Assembly (NCBI GenBank): GCA_965112735.1
Contig: OZ218951.1
Location: forward strand, 1,612,001-1,676,000
Reading direction: 5' to 3'
DNA: 64,000 bases
DNA from: Phaeosaccion multiseriatum
Taxonomy: Eukaryota > Protista > Ochrophyta, other classes
Position numbers and translations under genes: made by a program. Shown here in pieces: positions 61,778 through 64,000 of the stretch. Every line of letters begins with the position of its first letter. Position 1 is the stretch's first letter. The notes beneath the pieces were generated by a model, which was given only the letters and a program-made list of their open reading frames with translations, made no database searches and was not told the origin of the DNA.

Positions 61778-64000
61778 AGGAGAAGGAGCTCAAGGCGGAA
61801 ATGGCCATTCTGAAGGAGCTCGAGGCGCAGGTTGCTGCCAAGATCGACACTGACTACACGGAACCGGAGGAGCTGATTGACGGATTCAATGACCCCACCA
61901 GCTCACCGGAGGAGCGGGAAGAGAGCAAGGAGAAGAGCCAAGCCGCTTGTCAGGCCTGGTGCAAAGTTCTCCAGAGTGAGGTGCGGGCCAAGGGGGTGGA
62001 TCCACAGAAGAGCACGATGGGCTTCCTCTGGCACCAGCTGGACTTTACTGTATGCTTTCCGTGGCTCACGAGTAAACAGTTGGCGGACTTTACTTGGAAC
62101 GCCAACTGTTTACTCGTGAGCCACGGAAAGTATACAGTAAAGTCCAGCTGGTGCCAGAGGAAGCCCATCGTGCTCTTCTGTGGATTATGCGTGCGCCAGA
62201 AAACATGATTGATGGTGTTCGTGGCGACGACAGGCTCAAGGCCATCCAAACCGTGTTTGAGACCTCAGCCTTGTTCGTGGACCAGCAACTTCGCGGCAGG
62301 GGCAAGACGCTGGATGACCGCGCCACCTTCCATGCGCTTCTGGTGTGCGCTGCTCAGCGGCAGGACAGGAGGACTACGGAAACTCTCCTGCAGAATCTTC
62401 CCTTCTGGGATGCGGCACAGGTTCTGAGGCCGGAGGCGTTTCGCGGCCTTTCGCTGTTCAATGAGTTCTCAGTCGGGGGGGGGCTATGGCGAAAAGAGGA
62501 AGCCTGGTGGTTTCCGCAAGTCGCGTGGTGTAAATGTCAGTGAGCCCATCCGAGTGGAGTCGCTCCTGGTAAAGTATCCGGCGAGCTTTCGGGACGCGCT
62601 GGGTGCCCGGCTCCAAGGTCTGGGCCGAAAGCCCTACAGGAGTCTACAGGATGTGCGCGAGGCCGCCACAGGGGCTTGCCGCCTGGACGTCATCACCTAC
62701 GACGAGCTCCAGCACATAGAGTGGCTCTGCCGCAGAGTGGAGAGTCGCTTCGAGCAGATTTGTCTAGCCGGGGGTGACGAGGAGGAGGATTGGGGTGATG
62801 AGCCGGGCCGTGACGCCCAGCCTGGGGGAAGGGGACGCGAGACGGACTCTTACAAGAAGTATCGCATCTTTATGGAGATTCTTCACGACGTGAGTACTCG
62901 AGCGTGTGCGTTGCGTGTGTATGTGTTGGAGTGTGTGTAGCTGTGGCTGTTTGTGTGTGTGTGTACCATGTCCCTCCCGCTGTACAGCAGCTAACGAGCT
63001 GGACCCTACCCGTCTTCCTTCCCAAACTCCAGAACTTCTTGCTTCACCTGTCCAGAATCTACAAGCGGGCCACTTCTCTGAGCAGCTCGTTTCTGCTGTC
63101 GATGGTGCTCGAGGCCAGAGTAGGCAAGGTGTTCCCAGCAGCGGACCCTCGCCGCGCATCGCCCCTTCACTTGGGCAGCACAAGGGAACTCCGCCGCGAG
63201 CTCCTCTCCCTCATGAGCCTTCTCGGTTCAGACGGCTGCATCAGACCCCACCAGGCTGAGCTGGGATTGAAGGCGCGAAAGAGCGAGCGTAGGGTCATGC
63301 GCATCATGCGAGACGTTCTCCGTATCGTCGGAGGCAAGAAGGGCGGCACAATTTACAGGCGCTACAGCGGCACCAGCATACACGGCAAAGCGCTCTTCTG
63401 CTACGTCGTCTACCTACGCCACCCCCACGTGAGTACATGGCTGGCCCGCTCGCCGCTGCCCTCGCCCCTCCCCCCCCCCCTCATGCCGCTCTCCCTCTCC
63501 ACCCACCCACTGTGCAGCTGTGGGCCATCCTCGGCATCCTCGCTGGCAACGGTTCCAGCAAGGTCTCCGACCGGTTCAGTCACGCCCGGAGGATGCTCTT
63601 CTGCTACACCATGTCCGACGCCCCGACTCTCAAGGATGAGGAGGCAGCGCAAACGGACTTTGCCAAATCCGCCGTTACTTTCTTCTCCGGCATGATCGAT
63701 GGTATGTGGTAGAACAACACAACCAGGGAAAGACACCAAGCGCTTGGCTCCTCCGGTCGATAATAAACTCGCTGACAGCCTTGCTCCTCCTCGCCCCCCC
63801 CCCCACCACCAATGTCTGTGTGCGTGAACCACAGGAGACGGTCACAACGGCAGTCTCAAGAAGCGCAAGCGCAAGGGCAAGAAGGGCAAGAAGGGCAAGG
63901 GCAAGAGCAAGGGCAAGGGCAAGCGCGGGAGGAGGCAGATTGGTCGACGGCGGGCCATTCTGGCGCTCTTCTCCACCAATCGGGGTGAGCTCGACTTCTG
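61377..64000 (+). CDS. Intron-containing gene (disrupted as assembled; 3' end outside the window) encoding a helical N-terminal region and a double-motif LAGLIDADG endonuclease-like domain
   Basis: Introns 62890-62987, 63429-63517 and 63702-63834 are phase-consistent; product contains LMSLLGSDGCI and FFSGMIDG|DGH followed by AILALFSTNRGELDF; frame broken by two inverted insertions and a G9 run; start uncertain. Confidence 0.7.
62000..62185. repeat. Inverted repeat, 86-bp arms (62000-62085 / 62100-62185), 14-nt loop
   Basis: Perfect complementarity except G62054/T62131. Confidence 0.97.

Overview
Eukaryotic nuclear DNA, GC-rich, with many spliceosomal introns filled with simple repeats. It is probably from a photosynthetic stramenopile (inference from the diatom-type SLC4, ASAF-like plastid-targeting motifs and stramenopile-type EF-hand repeats). 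Genes reconstructed by manual splicing: cytosolic HSP90 (3' end outside the window), an EF-hand protein, three membrane proteins, an SLC4 bicarbonate transporter, a TM+PH-like protein, a long PPR protein with a degenerate SMR domain, a GNAT acetyltransferase with a 10-nt micro-exon, SPF45/RBM17, a HEAT-repeat protein, an EXS-family protein and ARP3. The most notable locus is at the right end (about 61.2-64 kb). It is an intron-containing nuclear gene whose spliced product carries two LAGLIDADG homing-endonuclease-like motifs (LMSLLGSDG and FFSGMIDGDG, the second split by an intron and so invisible in the ORF track) plus a Lys-rich NLS-like insert. Its 5' part is interrupted by two near-perfect inverted duplications of its own coding sequence (arms of about 290 bp and 86 bp). 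A third, multi-round fold-back array at 14.76-15.29 kb interrupts an F-type-lectin-like exon. All domain calls come from motif recognition by eye; no searches were run.
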